DNA of 64,000 nt from Pecten maximus (Eukaryota), in contig NC_047021.1 of NCBI RefSeq assembly GCF_902652985.1, positions 35,216,001 through 35,280,000 of the forward strand, in the 5' to 3' direction. Within the stretch, counting starts at the first letter, position 1. The number at the start of each line of letters is the position of its first letter. Shown here one piece after another: positions 1 through 12,770 of this stretch. Both the position numbers and the translations under genes were made by a program. The notes beneath the pieces are model-generated. The model saw nothing but the letters and a program-made list of their open reading frames with translations, made no database searches and was not told the DNA's origin.

Positions 1-106
1 GTTGGTCTTCTACGTTTCCTGGAATGTCGGGATGGAATTTCAATCCTTTGTAAGGTTTGAATCGAAGAGTGTTGCCATGAGAGTCAGTAGAAGTTTGTGG
101 CTTCAT
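1..106 (-). CDS. First coding exon (partial, runs off window) of a cytosolic sulfotransferase-like gene
   Basis: Open frame from ATG at 106: MKPQTSTDSHGNTLRFKPYKGLKFHPDIPGNVEDQ. It is homologous to 11837-12010, whose continuation is LRPDDVLLCTFPK, the sulfotransferase motif leading into the PAPS-binding loop. Confidence 0.6.
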   Translation of the reverse strand, partial: MKPQTSTDSHGNTLRFKPYKGLKFHPDIPGNVEDQ

Positions 107-240
107 TTTGAACACCTACAAACAATATTTAATATATCTGATGACGTAAATGTATTCGCGTGTTCTAGTACAGAAACTGATACAGTCCGAACCCCCACCC
201 CTTCTTTTCTGCAATATCTATCTGACCTCTAGGCCCTTAA

Positions 241-405
241 AGTAGACAACACCCTCAAGATGTCCCCGCTGATAAGTTGTACCTTTTCGGCCCCGCGAAT
301 GGATCAGCCCGGCGATTCTAAGATTAGCAATACTCCTAACCAGTCCTCTCGTTTAGCGTAATAAGTATTTTGGCTATACGGTGCATGGACTATAAGTTGT
401 CTGCC
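241..405. mobile_element. 165-bp MITE with TTAA TSD (Kolobok/piggyBac-like)
   Basis: TTAA-AGTAGACAAC ... GTTGTCTGCC-TTAA: imperfect 10-bp TIRs flanked by TTAA on both sides. Confidence 0.6.
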
Positions 406-416
406 TTAAGAATAAG

Positions 417-735
417 ACATTAAACATTCAGAATTTGAAGATTGCGCATTAAACATTCAGAATTTGAAGGCTGCGCATTAAACATTCTGAATTTGAAGGT
501 TGCGCATTAAACATTCTGAATTTGAAGGCTGCGCATTAAACATTCTGAATTTGAAGGTTGCGCATTAAACATTCTTAATTTGAAGGCTGCGCATTAAACA
601 TTCTGAATTTGAAGGTTGCGCATTAAACATTCTGAATTTGAAGGTTGCGCATTAAACATTCTGAATTTGAAGGTTGCGCATTAAACATTCTGAATTTGAA
701 GGTTGCGCATTAAATATTCTGACTTTGAAGGTTGC
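417..735. repeat. 29-bp tandem repeat (~11 copies), with degenerate continuation to ~1010
   Basis: Unit GCGCATTAAACATTCTGAATTTGAAGGTT repeated head-to-tail. Confidence 0.92.
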
Positions 736-2111
736 ACAGTTCGGCATAAGATATTCAACATTCAGAATGTGGATGTTGTGTAGTTCTGCATTCAGAATTT
801 GAATGTTGTACAGTTCGACATTCGCCATTCAGGTACAGATCGACGTTCGCCATTCAACATTCAGAAATCTAATGTTGTGTAACTCAACATACGACATGCA
901 ACATTCAAGTTTCAGGATTAGAATGTTGTGTAACAAGACATACAGCATTCAACATACATAATTTGAATGTTCTGCAGCTTAACATTCGACTTTCAACATT
1001 CGAATTATGAATGTCGTATGTCGTATGCTCCATGTTGAGCCAACTTCAAACAGCTATAGGTTTGTAATCAATATGTCATAATCACCACTTCTACAAAAAC
1101 AATTCAATATTGAATGATGCTTTAGTCGATTACATGGGGTGATGAATTGAGTTGCACTAGAGAGAAAGTCAACATGAACTGCTATTGAGACAAATTTAAT
1201 AAACTGCGAAGCAGTTGGTGTTGAATTAGGCTCAGGAGCAACTGAATCACGCCTAAGCATCACATTTACCATCAAACAATATCCAAAATATTTAAGACCT
1301 TGGTTACTTTACTTGTTTAATTTTGACTATCTTTGCTTCAACATGTCCTAACAAACTGCTTAAAATTAAAAAGACAATCGACCTTGACATTTGACCGAGG
1401 GACCTTTACCTTTTGTCTGCTGACCAACATTTTTTCGTAACGGAGACGGACTAATATAAGTAAATAGTACTTGTTTCTGAATCCGACTATTTGCGTTATT
1501 TCATCAGTAAAAAGATATACAATAACCTTGACTTTTTTGGCCAAGTGACATTTGGTTAGTTGTTTTTTTTATTTGGACAAATTTTGAGCTTTATCTTTGA
1601 CCTTAATTTTAACCATAGTATGTGTTTAAATAAACTGAGAATCATGATGAAATTTCAAGTATTTCAGTCACTGGAAATATATAATATTCCACATATTGAT
1701 ACAAGTGTTAATTATTCCAAACTTACACCAAACAGCTTAGAAATTCATATGGACTTCTATTGTCTTGATCATGACAATAGATTATAGTTCTATAGGATAC
1801 CTCTTGTCATTTTTAACTTCTTACAGTACATACTATAGAAACCATGATTTCCAGTCATTGCCATTTAATGGAGGCGGAATTACGGTTTTAAGTGTCAAAC
1901 TAGGAATCTCAATCTACCAGTTGAAGATCCTTAAGCATATAAATACGTCATTAGTAATACTTTTACATCGCATAAAAATATGTTATCTAAATTAAATCGT
2001 TAAGATTGGATTCATTTTTCCATTTCCTTAGTATGAATCAGATGTACTATAATGAATACAACCATATTGTCTTTTCGCAATGATGGACGTCGATAAGCTG
2101 TACGTTGTCAT

Positions 2112-2171
2112 TCAAACAAGCTGTAACACGAATACAAAGTTCCATTGGTCTGAAGATTCACTTGTGATAAC
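2112..2171 (-). pseudogene. Inverted 3'-terminal fragment of a TRIM beta-propeller gene
   Basis: Minus strand reads VITSESSDQWNFVFVLQLV*, matching the end of the 32449-33255 paralog (VITNESADQENFVYVLKLV*). The 3' flank is also similar (ttgtattcattatagtacatctg vs ttatatttattctactacatctg). Confidence 0.75.
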
Positions 2172-2186
2172 CTGGGAAGTCCAATT

Positions 2187-3985
2187 CACAGTAAGGTATG
2201 GGAATGGTTGGACTGAACTGTTTGACAGTAAGGTGTAGGGGTAGTAGGAATTAACTATGTGAGAGTAAGGTGATGGGGTAGTGGGAATGGACTATGTGAC
2301 AGTAAGGTGTGGGGGTAGTGGGAATGGACTGTATGACAGTAAGGTGTGAGGGTATTGGGAATGAACTGTGTGACAGTAAGGTATGGAGTAGTAGGAATGA
2401 ACTATGTGACAGTAAGGTATGGAGTAGTAGGAATGAACTATGTGACAGTAAGGTGTGAGGGTAGTGGGAATGGACTGTATGACAGTAAGGTGTGAGGGTA
2501 TTGGGAATGAACTGTGTGACAGTAAGGTATGGAGTAGTAGGAATGAACTATGTGACAGTAAGGTATGGAGTAGTAGGAATGAACTATGTGACAGTAAGGT
2601 GTGGGGGTAGAGGGAATGAACTGTGTGACAGTAAGGTGTGGGGGTAGTAGGAATGGACTGTGTGACAGTAAGGTGTGAGGGTATTGGGAATGGGCTATAT
2701 GACAGTAAGGTGTTGGGGTAGAGGGAATGAACTGTGTTACAGTAAGGTGTGGGGGTAGTGGGAATGAACTGTGTTATAGTAAGGTGTGGGGTAGTGGGAA
2801 TGGACTGTGTGACAGTAAGGTGTGGGGGTAGTAGGAATGGACTGTGTGACAGTAAGGTGTGGGGGTAGTAGGAATGGACTGTGTGACAGTAAGGTGTGGG
2901 GGTAGTGGGAATGAACTGTGTGACAGTAAGGTGTGGGAGTAGTGGGAATGGACTGTGTTACAGTAAGGTGTGGGGGTAGTGGGAATGAACTGTGTGACAG
3001 TAAGGTGTGAGGGTATTGGGAATGAACTGTGTGACAGTAAGGTATGGAGTAGTAGGAATGAACTGTGTGACAGTAAGGTGTGGGGGTAGTAGGAATGGAC
3101 TGTGTGACAGTAAGGTGTGAGGGTAGTGGGAATGGACTGAGTGACAGTAAGGTGTAGGGTAGTGGGAATGAACTGTGTGACAGTAAGGTGTGGGGGTAGT
3201 GGTAATGAACTGTGTGACAGTAAGGTGTGGGGGTAGTGGGAATGGACTGTGTAACAGTAAGGTGTGGGGGTAGTGGGAATGGACTGCGTGACTGTAAGGT
3301 GTGAGGGTGGTGGGAATGGACTGTGTGACAGTAAGGTGTGGGGGTAGTGGGAATGGACTATGTGACAGTAAGGTGTGGGGGTAGTGGGAATGGACTGTGT
3401 GACAGTAAGGTGTGGGGGTAGTGGGAATGAACTGTGTGACAGTAAGGTGTGGGGGTAGTGGGAATGAACTGTGTGACAGTAAGGTGTGAGGGTAGTGGGA
3501 ATGGACTGTGTAACAGTAAGGTGTTGGGGTAGTGGGAATGGACTGTGTGACAGTAAGGTGTGGGGGTAATGAGAATGGACTTTGTGACAGTAAGGTGTGG
3601 GGGTAGTGGGAATGGACTGTGTAACAGTAAGGTGATGGGGTAGTGGGAATGAACTGTGTGACAGTAAGGTGTGGGGGTAGTGGGAATGAACTGTGTGACA
3701 GTAAGGTGTGGGGGTAGTGGGAATGGACTATGTGACAGTAAGGTGTGGGGTAGTGGGAATGAACTGTGTGACAGTAAGGTATGGGGATAGTGGGAATGGA
3801 CTATGTGACGGTAAGGGGTGGGGGTAGTCGGAATGGACAGTGTGACATTAAGGTGTGAGAGTAGTGGGAATGGACTGTGTGACAGTAAGGTGTGGCGGTA
3901 GTCGGAATGGACAGTGTGACATTAAGGTCTCGAGGTAGTGGGAATGATTTGTGTGACAGTAAGATATGAGAGTAATGGAAATGAA
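2187..3985. repeat. 37-bp G-rich minisatellite (~48 copies)
   Basis: Unit GTGACAGTAAGGTGTGGGGGTAGTGGGAATGGACTGT, with more divergent copies at both array edges. Confidence 0.95.
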
Positions 3986-5204
3986 CCATTTCTTTTTCGA
4001 TGTCAAACATTCATTATAAAGAAATACATTCAGCCATTGAGATGCCATAGTGATTCTACAAACGAATTATATTATGACTCATGCACGGTATTTTTTATGC
4101 AACACTAGGCCAGTATCAATAGAAGTATATTAAAAGAGATACGACATTATGTATCTAGTGTGTTATTATACCAGTAGGAATTAACACTAATTATACCGAT
4201 TTGATAAACCGTGAAATAAGTCCGATGAAGTCGTTATAGGAAAGATTGGTAGACGACAAATATCTCATCATCTGATGATCTGACCATTTAAGACAGCGAA
4301 AGGAGCAAAAACCCATTTCGATACGTTTAATAAAAAGAATGGCTTTCTTCTCTTTATTTGTGGTTAGTATTCTACTTATTTAACCTCGAAGATGGGATAT
4401 CACTAACAAAGAGAGGACAATCATTATATATGTCACTTACTTCAACCTCGGAGATGAGATACAATGTATTACAAAAAAGAAAGGACATTAATTTTATATG
4501 TATATGTTATTTACTCCAAATTCGCAGATTAGAGATCACAAATTCAACATAAGTTACTGAAAAGTGAATTAGAGTGTCAAGGATACAAAAGTTATCTCCC
4601 CTTATAATATACATCTGCTAGATATAAAGAGCATGGTCATTGGTATTATATTCAATTGATACTCCCTGTTGGAATTGTAAACAGCATTGTGCCAAATTAA
4701 CTTTAATTAACAGGACAGACGAATCGACGTAGTAATTTCGGTGTACCACTTACCGTGTTTTTCTGCCTTTTTCTTATGGCAAAAAATGAACAAAAATAAT
4801 AACTAGCTTTTAAAATATAAGATACAACAAAATGTCTTGAAATATATCGACCTGGTTTATAGTTTTGAAGTTTTAATTCTTATTATACGCTTCCATCAAA
4901 TGCCATATGTCATTCATAGGAGAATCGGAGATCGATACCGAACACCTTTCCCTGTTTGTCATACATAGTATCACTATATTAGGTCACCTGAGATGTTGGT
5001 GACAATTTGTTCAATGACTGATCGGTCAGATCATCCTCGCTAGAATACGACGTTTGACGAACTTGATAATTTATATTTGGAATGATGCTATTGACAATTT
5101 TGTAGCAAGTTTTTGTCATGGTTTTATATTCATAAAATTGCTTCATATATTTTCTTGGAGGCCATTATGCATTAAGTCAGAAAAATTATAAAGCTCATTA
5201 TATT

Positions 5205-6399
5205 GAAACCGAAAGTGCCCGGTGGCGATGTTTATTAACCCAGACACCTTTAGTTTATCTCTACACTGACCGAGTTACTCTAACGTATACTACTCAATTT
5301 CGTATACCACAATATGGTTTAATAACAACATATACACTGCTATATTCAGATGCTTCACAGAACGCAAATATGCTACTAGTGATATGTTTAAATAAGAATT
5401 TATCAACAGATAGGGTTATACGATAAACTGTAAACATACATGTACAACTGTGTACAACTACAGGATATAAAACGACAAATATTATGGACGTTTAGTGTTT
5501 TTCAAACATAATTTTTGACCACGCGATTATCTCTTGAAATATATGATATTATAATTTCATACGCGTAACGAAAAAGGTGTCCGGACCGGATATATTTCCG
5601 GCCTGGTTTGTATATTAGGATCGTATTTCCCGTGACGAGGAGTGATAAGGGGTACAGGAGGTTGATGTGAAACCCGTGGCTGAACGATTACAGACCTGTG
5701 AGTAAACCCGTGGCTGAACGAGTCTAGAACTGTGAGTAAACACGTGTATATTGACGTTTAACTATTATTATCGGTATCATAACAAATAACAGGCTTTCAA
5801 TACAAAGCGATACACTGGAAGATGGTATCTTTATAACAACACACTATTATCAACCGTGGGCATATATCAGCTGATATACATGTATGTAAAATGAAAGTTG
5901 ATCTATGTAGATTCCAAGAAATCATAATGTAATGATGTAAATACATGAACAATGACATTTTGCTGGATAGACAAATGTCCGTATATACAACATTAATACA
6001 TATAAATTGATTTATTTGAAGTTTATACCTGTCTACTTTCGTTTTATATTTGTCTAACATTGGTATCCACTCTTAATACAGACTCCTGTATAATCCTATG
6101 GACTGTCCAAGTGTCCAAATTGTGGGGGGTGGACATTTAAAATTCAGGAAAAGGATTGAAAACGTTTCTTATTGAGAAATATTTTAGTCACACATATATT
6201 GTGATTGATTTGTTTTAAAACTTTCATGGTGATCAAATCGTTGCCATGAGATCTCAAAAGTCTTTCAAATTCGAGAATACATTTATGTACTTCCGTTTTT
6301 AATATTTTTTAATGTATCCGAGGTTATCAGTCGTGAATCTACATTATATTGCAGTGCATATTTTCTAAAATACTAGAGGTCAGAAATCGAAACAGAAAG
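5205..6399 (+). promoter_or_regulatory. Putative TRIM promoter / non-coding first exon with IRF-element-like motifs
   Basis: GAAACCGAAAGT at 5205, ACTTTCGTTTT at 6035 and GAAATCGAAACAGAAAG at 6383. Duplicated CT|GTGAGT donor-like sites at ~5697 and ~5731, and a TTCCAG acceptor just before the ATG at 7545. The block is conserved in units B, C and D. Confidence 0.35.
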
Positions 6400-7544
6400 A
6401 TCCAAAATATGTTTTATGAAATTGGGAAAGTAAACTAAATATTTAAAAATTCGGGGCTATAAGAAACTTGTATTACGCACTTTATCTACAGGACTATCAA
6501 ATTCACAATCGTTGCTGATGTCGCTATATTTGTGAAGTTCCATTTACTTGGAAATTTAAGAAACTATTTAAACACCTTGAAAACGAACTGTGTACATCAA
6601 CTTAGTATGAAAGATAATGTACACACTGATTATATTATGATAGCAGCGCTGGAACGAAAACAGTTTTAAAAATCCATATATTATAGTTGAAATAATTAAA
6701 TTCCATAACCAAAATATTATTCAAATGAACACTCAAAATATTGTTCAGCAGATTTGCTTGAGAAACGGTATTAAGGAAGTATTTATAACTCAAATATACA
6801 GAGGATGTGATTTAAAGCCACTATTGCGTTATGTTTCAACCACGGGAAAGAATTTGGCCCATGAAAAATAAAACATGTCCAAAATTAAGCGATACACGAG
6901 CCCAAACCGTAAGAAAGAATGGAAAATATAAAATGGCTGCAGTGACTTTTAATTTAAGTAATGAACAGAAAGTGCTAGTTTTGTAACATACTCTTTGTAC
7001 TCATGTCAGATTAGTGCCATAACAGTTCCTTCTGTTATTGGGAGATATTTTATTTTTTCTCATTTTCGGTTACCGTGGAAACAAAAGTCTGATATACACA
7101 ATTTGTAAGTTATCCCAGACTTTTAGTTAAAATACATTCAACTGATCTTGGTGTTCTCATTGGACACTTTTGATGAAAATTTATGTTTGATATTTCGGTT
7201 ACCATGGAGGGGTTCATGCTTTTCTGCTCTTATTATTTCTATTAATGCATTCCTCGTGGTTAAATAATCACGTTGGTCAACTTAATCACCTGTCCTTATC
7301 ATGGAATTAAAATTGTTTTGCTTAAAACACGACCACGATGGCCACTGTATTCTCAAATTGATTTTCCGACTTCTCATGAAGATAACAATGTGAACTGCTA
7401 AGGATTATGGGCCTTTTGTTTACACAATGCCATACTTTATATACTTTCACTTAAAGAGGGCGTACCATTTGATTTGGTTTACATGTATTTGTAGGGTTTT
7501 CATTTATACGATTTGATTCCAGGTAATACGGATACCATCTTAAC

Positions 7545-9554
7545 ATGGCGGAAGGATTTGTCCGGGACCAGTCGTCGGTAGATGGCTCCAGGAGTCAATC
7601 TCTGGACACTTTAGTACTGGAATGTCCTATCTGTCTGGAACAGCTGCGACACCCTAAGTCCCTCCCTTGTCTGCATTCATTTTGTGAGGAATGCCTTGGT
7701 AGCTACATCACCAAGGAGTTGTCAGGTAAGATGACATCAGTGCCTTCTTTCTCCTGTCCTGTATGCCGTAAAGTCACCGAGCCGATGAACCCGTCAGAAG
7801 ACAAGGAAAGTTGGGCCGGACAGTTTCCTACCAACAATCTGGCAGTCGAAATGATCCGACATTTACAAAATACGAATACGTTGATCACATGCAAGCCATG
7901 TGAGAAGAAAGGAAACACGAATATACCAGCAAAGTTTTGGTGCGATCAAACCAAATCTTACTTCTGTCAAACCTGCAAAATCGGCTATCATGATATGATT
8001 CATGAGGATTGCGAACCCGAGAATATCACGGAATGGAACAAATCAGATACAATTCGACGGCAGACGTCGGCTGCTGGATGTGGAAAACATAAAGAGAAAA
8101 TAGAGTATTACTGTGAAGACCATCAGATTCTTGGATGTAGCAAATGTATCATTCTCGATCACCGGAAGTGTGAGGTGGTGACATCAGTAGACGATTTCCG
8201 GGACAAACTGACACCTTCGAAATTCGACGATCTTTTTGAAGAGCTTCGGAAAAGCGCAGACGCCATGGAAACATTGATAAACGATGTCGCAGAACAGCTT
8301 CAGTCCATGACAAACGATCAAGACATCGCGCTACAAAGTTTAACAGACCTACGCAGAAAGATTAACGAACGTTTTGATACAATTCAGAAAGAGCTTACAG
8401 ATAAATTGATGGCATCCTTCAAGGAAGAGAAAGAAAATCTGGATATATCGAAACTGAAATGTGAAAGATTGATGTTCTCTATGCAAAATACGCTGACGTC
8501 ATCGAAGGATGCCGCCTTGAAGGACGATTCCGTGGGGACGATCTGTCTGTTCCAGAGAGGACAGGCGGAGGTCGAGTCCTGTAAGGAACTCATAAAGGAA
8601 TTGGAAAAGTCGTCCAGATCTACCAGTCTGAGACACGAGTATGACCCCGACATACTGGCCGTCGACACCAAGACAAGCCTTACCATGGGAAAGATAGTCG
8701 TTCATCAACAACAGAGGAGACTACCATCTACTGCGTTCCGTACTCCATTGTCTGAACGTCAGATGAAGATGACGGAAAACTTAAACATCAAAGTTCCCTC
8801 TGACAAGGAGGACTGTTCTGCATATGGAGTTATTCTCATGTCTGGTGGCCGTATTGTCGTAGGAGACTATGCAAACAACAAAGTGAAGCTGTTTACAGAA
8901 AACGGGGATTTTCATTGTGAGGTGGGATTGAGTGATTGGCCTTGTGACCTTTGTCGTATTGATGACAATACTGTGGCCGTGATGCTAATGACGGTAAAAA
9001 CTATCTGTGTTGTCGCTGTTGAGGATTTAACCTTGACCATCTCATCGGAAATCCGTATTCCAAACATTACTGAAAGCTGCCTTGGTGTCACATACAACAA
9101 CACTAACTTTGTAGTTGGTACATCATCATCACTTTATAGAGTACCAAAAGATGGGGGTAATGCCACAAAACTTTATACAGTTGAATCAACATGTCTGCAT
9201 CTCGCCAGTAATCAGAACAATGGGTACGTGTTCGCTAGCTTACACGAATCAACTCCTGACAAGGTGGCCGTGACACGATTGTCTGGCAAGTCCATCAGAG
9301 ACGTATTGAAGGTCGGCGCTGTGAATAGAACAACAGGATTAGACGTAGACAGGGAAGGTAACGTGTATGTTTGTGGATTCAGTTCAAACAACGTCATACA
9401 GATGTCAGAGGATGGAACCAACGTTAGGGAACTGCTGACGTCGTCAGATGGTACCAAAAGTCCGAGGGCTATTTCCGTGTATGGTGATAAAGTAGTGATC
9501 ACAAATGAGTATTCAGACCAACGGAATTTTATTCATATGTTTCAGCTCATTTGA
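7545..9554 (+). CDS. Tripartite motif E3 ligase: RING, two B-boxes, coiled coil, NHL-like beta-propeller (TRIM2/3/56/71-like), intronless CDS, 669 aa
   Basis: C3HC4 RING CPICLEQLRHPKSLPCLHSFCEEC...CPVC, B-box2 CGKHKEKIEYYCEDHQILGCSKCIILDH, helical coiled coil, and propeller repeats (GRIVVGDYANNKVKLF, GLDVDREGNVYVCGFSSNNVIQ). AACATGG start context. Confidence 0.93.
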   Translation: MAEGFVRDQSSVDGSRSQSLDTLVLECPICLEQLRHPKSLPCLHSFCEECLGSYITKELSGKMTSVPSFSCPVCRKVTEPMNPSEDKESWAGQFPTNNLAVEMIRHLQNTNTLITCKPCEKKGNTNIPAKFWCDQTKSYFCQTCKIGYHDMIHEDCEPENITEWNKSDTIRRQTSAAGCGKHKEKIEYYCEDHQILGCSKCIILDHRKCEVVTSVDDFRDKLTPSKFDDLFEELRKSADAMETLINDVAEQLQSMTNDQDIALQSLTDLRRKINERFDTIQKELTDKLMASFKEEKENLDISKLKCERLMFSMQNTLTSSKDAALKDDSVGTICLFQRGQAEVESCKELIKELEKSSRSTSLRHEYDPDILAVDTKTSLTMGKIVVHQQQRRLPSTAFRTPLSERQMKMTENLNIKVPSDKEDCSAYGVILMSGGRIVVGDYANNKVKLFTENGDFHCEVGLSDWPCDLCRIDDNTVAVMLMTVKTICVVAVEDLTLTISSEIRIPNITESCLGVTYNNTNFVVGTSSSLYRVPKDGGNATKLYTVESTCLHLASNQNNGYVFASLHESTPDKVAVTRLSGKSIRDVLKVGAVNRTTGLDVDREGNVYVCGFSSNNVIQMSEDGTNVRELLTSSDGTKSPRAISVYGDKVVITNEYSDQRNFIHMFQLI

Positions 9555-11569
9555 ATGGCAACACAGAACTAATGAGATTAAGGAACATTTTGTGGAATCC
9601 GAAAGACAATAGATGAGTTTGTATTATTTAGCTACACCTGATTCATTCACTTTTTTTTAATTCTATACGCAATCTACGAATATCAGTAATATATCATGCA
9701 ATATGAATCCATGAAACATATATTATGGAGTATTTTCAATAAATACGTTCTAATTTTATTTGATACTTCAAAACAGGTATCTGCGTCCATGAACAGTGAC
9801 GGCATGGATTTAGGCTAGAGCAGCATAGATATTCGTATAACAACACAAAGAAATTAGAATATAATGCTATTGTTTTCTTGTACCGTCATTTCATGTGTAT
9901 TGCCTGTCCGCACAAGCCGAAATAATGGTTTTATAATTTAGAATCTGCAGATAGCCCGTTTCCGTTCACTGCCTTTGAGGTTTCCGCTGAGTAATAGATT
10001 ACACGTTCTCACAATCGGGGGAATCCCCTACTGTATGTGTATTGTACTCATAGTTTACCTGTGTTGCCTTGACACGTGAACGGTGTCAATAAACGTATTT
10101 CTGAATCTACATTACCATTCATATTTACATGCATAGGTACCATTCATATTTACATACATAGGAATCATTCATAATTATAAACATAGATACCATTCATATT
10201 TATAAACATATGTACCATTCATATTTCGCATTTGAAAAGCACATTTGTTTTGTCAGATAGTTCACTTCAACAGATAGTCCGCAGAAGGCAATTTTTATGT
10301 TTTGGATTTATAGACAATACACAGGACATTACGAAAGTCTTAATAGTTATATTCTCAAATATGTCAAAATCCTCTTGGGAAAACGTTTTGGCCTGTCGGT
10401 TTAGCTCTTACGGAATATGATATGGTGCATGAGGGGTCGTCCGTCCGTTAGCTTTTAGTTTTAGAAAACTTTAAGAAACTAGATACTTATATATTGCCAG
10501 GAGGTACATGAGACATAGTACAAGAAAGATATGTGATATTAATGAACATGACCTTTTCTCAAGTCATAGAAGCCAAATAGCTTCGAAGTGATATACAGAG
10601 GAGATTCCTATTGATGTCTACTTATAACCGTGTTTATTTCGTTCAGATTACATTTTTGCCGTCAGAGTAAAGTAATATTTCCAACATAGGTTGTTAATGT
10701 AAACAATATAGAAGTTTGCTACTGTATGTTCTTTGGTTAAGCCTAATAACTACCTCCAGTACGGAATCCGGAAAGAACACGATGTAAAAAAAGAGGATAT
10801 CAAAACATTCTGAACCGGATTTATGAAACGTACACAGCAATACATCATTTGGATGGTCTCCTATATATATGTTTCCTGGAATCCTTTAACGTTTGTAAGT
10901 TTGAAACGCATTGCACATTGTGTCTGTCTCTTATTATTATCATTTTTTTTTGTATTTCGAATGTAAGTCAGGCAGACAGAATGCTAAAAAAAATGACGTC
11001 TTTATTCCAAGGTAATAAGCATACATTGCAATGCTAAGTAACTGTGTAAAGAGGTATAACAGCTTTACATGAATAATAAAGCTGTTAAATTCGCACCTCA
11101 TTGTCGTATCGAGATACCTCTCCATACTGACAATACTTTTTAGCTAACTTACAAGGTGCGAATAGTGCAGCTCATCAGCTATTTGAACATGGATGTCGTA
11201 ATTGGTTGATCTTTGAATATTTGTTTTCCTATTGCTATAGATTAAAGTCTAATTTCATAAAGATGGTTTGATATTTGTTTTCCTTGTGTTTTTCACCGAA
11301 TTCTCCTCAACGACTACAAGAAATGTCCTTTTCACGTTCTGTAGAATGGTATAAATGTCGCACAAATATCATATGCATCGGGAGAACAACATAGCGTTCA
11401 CCCATTCAAGACCTGACCACGCTTGACATTGCTAAAATTCGGTACATAATAAGACCTCAACTGTACAGCCAAAAAGCCAGTGATTGGACTACTTAGCTGA
11501 AATGCATATGTATCCATGAGTCGACACATTATCCACTTGACTAAATTCACACGTCATAAATAAATCTGA

Positions 11570-11724
11570 NNNNNNNNNNNNNNNNNNNNNNNNNNNNNNN
11601 NNNNNNNNNNNNNNNNNNNNNNNNNNNNNNNNNNNNNNNNNNNNNNNNNNNNNNNNNNNNNNNNNNNNNNNNNNNNNNNNNNNNNNNNNNNNNNNNNNNN
11701 NNNNNNNNNNNNNNNNNNNNNNNN
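11570..11724. other. Assembly gap (155 N)
   Basis: Run of N. Confidence 1.
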
Positions 11725-11836
11725 AACAATGAAATACGGTGTATATCAGATTCGAGATGAAAATATAATAACTTAAAAATCATAAATATATTTTGAGATA
11801 TGATATGCATAGAAACATGAAAGTGGAATTGTGTAC

Positions 11837-12010
11837 ATAATTTAGGAAATGTACACAGTAACACATCATCTGGTCTGAGATGTAATGATGACACATCCTT
11901 CAGATGGCCTTATACGTTTCCTAGAAAATGTAGGGATTGAATTTCAATCCTTTATATAGTTTGAATTGAAGAATGTTGCCTTGAGAGTCTGTTGATATTT
12001 TCGTCTACAT
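11837..12010 (-). pseudogene. Sulfotransferase first exon, pseudogenised copy
   Basis: M*TKISTDSQGNILQFKLYKGLKFNP/frameshift/LGNV*GHLKDVSSLHLRPDDVLLCTFPKL followed by a GT donor. Paralog of 1-106 with stops and a frameshift. Confidence 0.7.
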
Positions 12011-12589
12011 TTTCAACACCTACAAACAATATTTGATATATTACACTAGTATATATTCCCTTGCCGCACCGTAAAATTATGCAAATTGATACAATTCAAT
12101 GATTGATAGATTTCATGGTTTGAGGTAGTGTCCTAACGCTTCATACTGATGTCATATATATGTTGTCGCCTCTTTCGTCAAAGTTAGATGTTACCGAGTT
12201 TTTTGAAGAATGCAGTTGATGAAATTTATCACTGTGCTTCTGAATAATACCAATCATTCACACTTGTTAAGTGTATTATGAATACAACAATCCGTTACGT
12301 GGAATAGAAATCACTATGTTATCACAGCAACCCCTTAAACAACACTGAATAATCATTGGATGCATCAAATTCAATACCACTGGCAAACTCGATACGTCTT
12401 AGTCGTTTTTTCTACGTCACATCTGTTTCAGCATATATCTTCAGTACATAGCCTAAGAAAAGTCTTTAAGGCGCTGTGACAAAAAAATAGTTTGAATGGG
12501 ATTGCAATTTAGTTCCTGTTTCAATACCAGTAGCATGTATGTACTTAAAGAGGTAATTTCCATATGAATTTTTTTCACAGCCCTTAAAT

Positions 12590-12770
12590 TTTAATGGTCC
12601 ATCGGTTTTGTCACGTGAGGGAGCACTTAATTATTTTTAAGGGTCTAATTATTTTATCACGACCATGAGCACTTACATTTTTTATGGTCTAATGATTTTA
12701 TCACGTGCATGAGCACTTAATTATCTTTTAACGGTCTAATGAGTTTATCACGTGTAGCAGCACTAAATTG
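12590..12770. repeat. Degenerate ~47-bp tandem repeat (4 copies)
   Basis: Recurrent GGTCTAAT..TTTTATCACGTG..GAGCACTTAATT. Confidence 0.6.

Noticed and set aside
417-735. 29-bp repeats as a CRISPR array
   Set aside because: Units are directly head-to-tail with no unique spacers, there are no cas genes, and the context is eukaryotic.
7703-9502. Antisense ORFs within the TRIM genes (also at 25871-27666 and 32994-33281)
   Set aside because: Shadow frames conserved only because the sense gene is duplicated.
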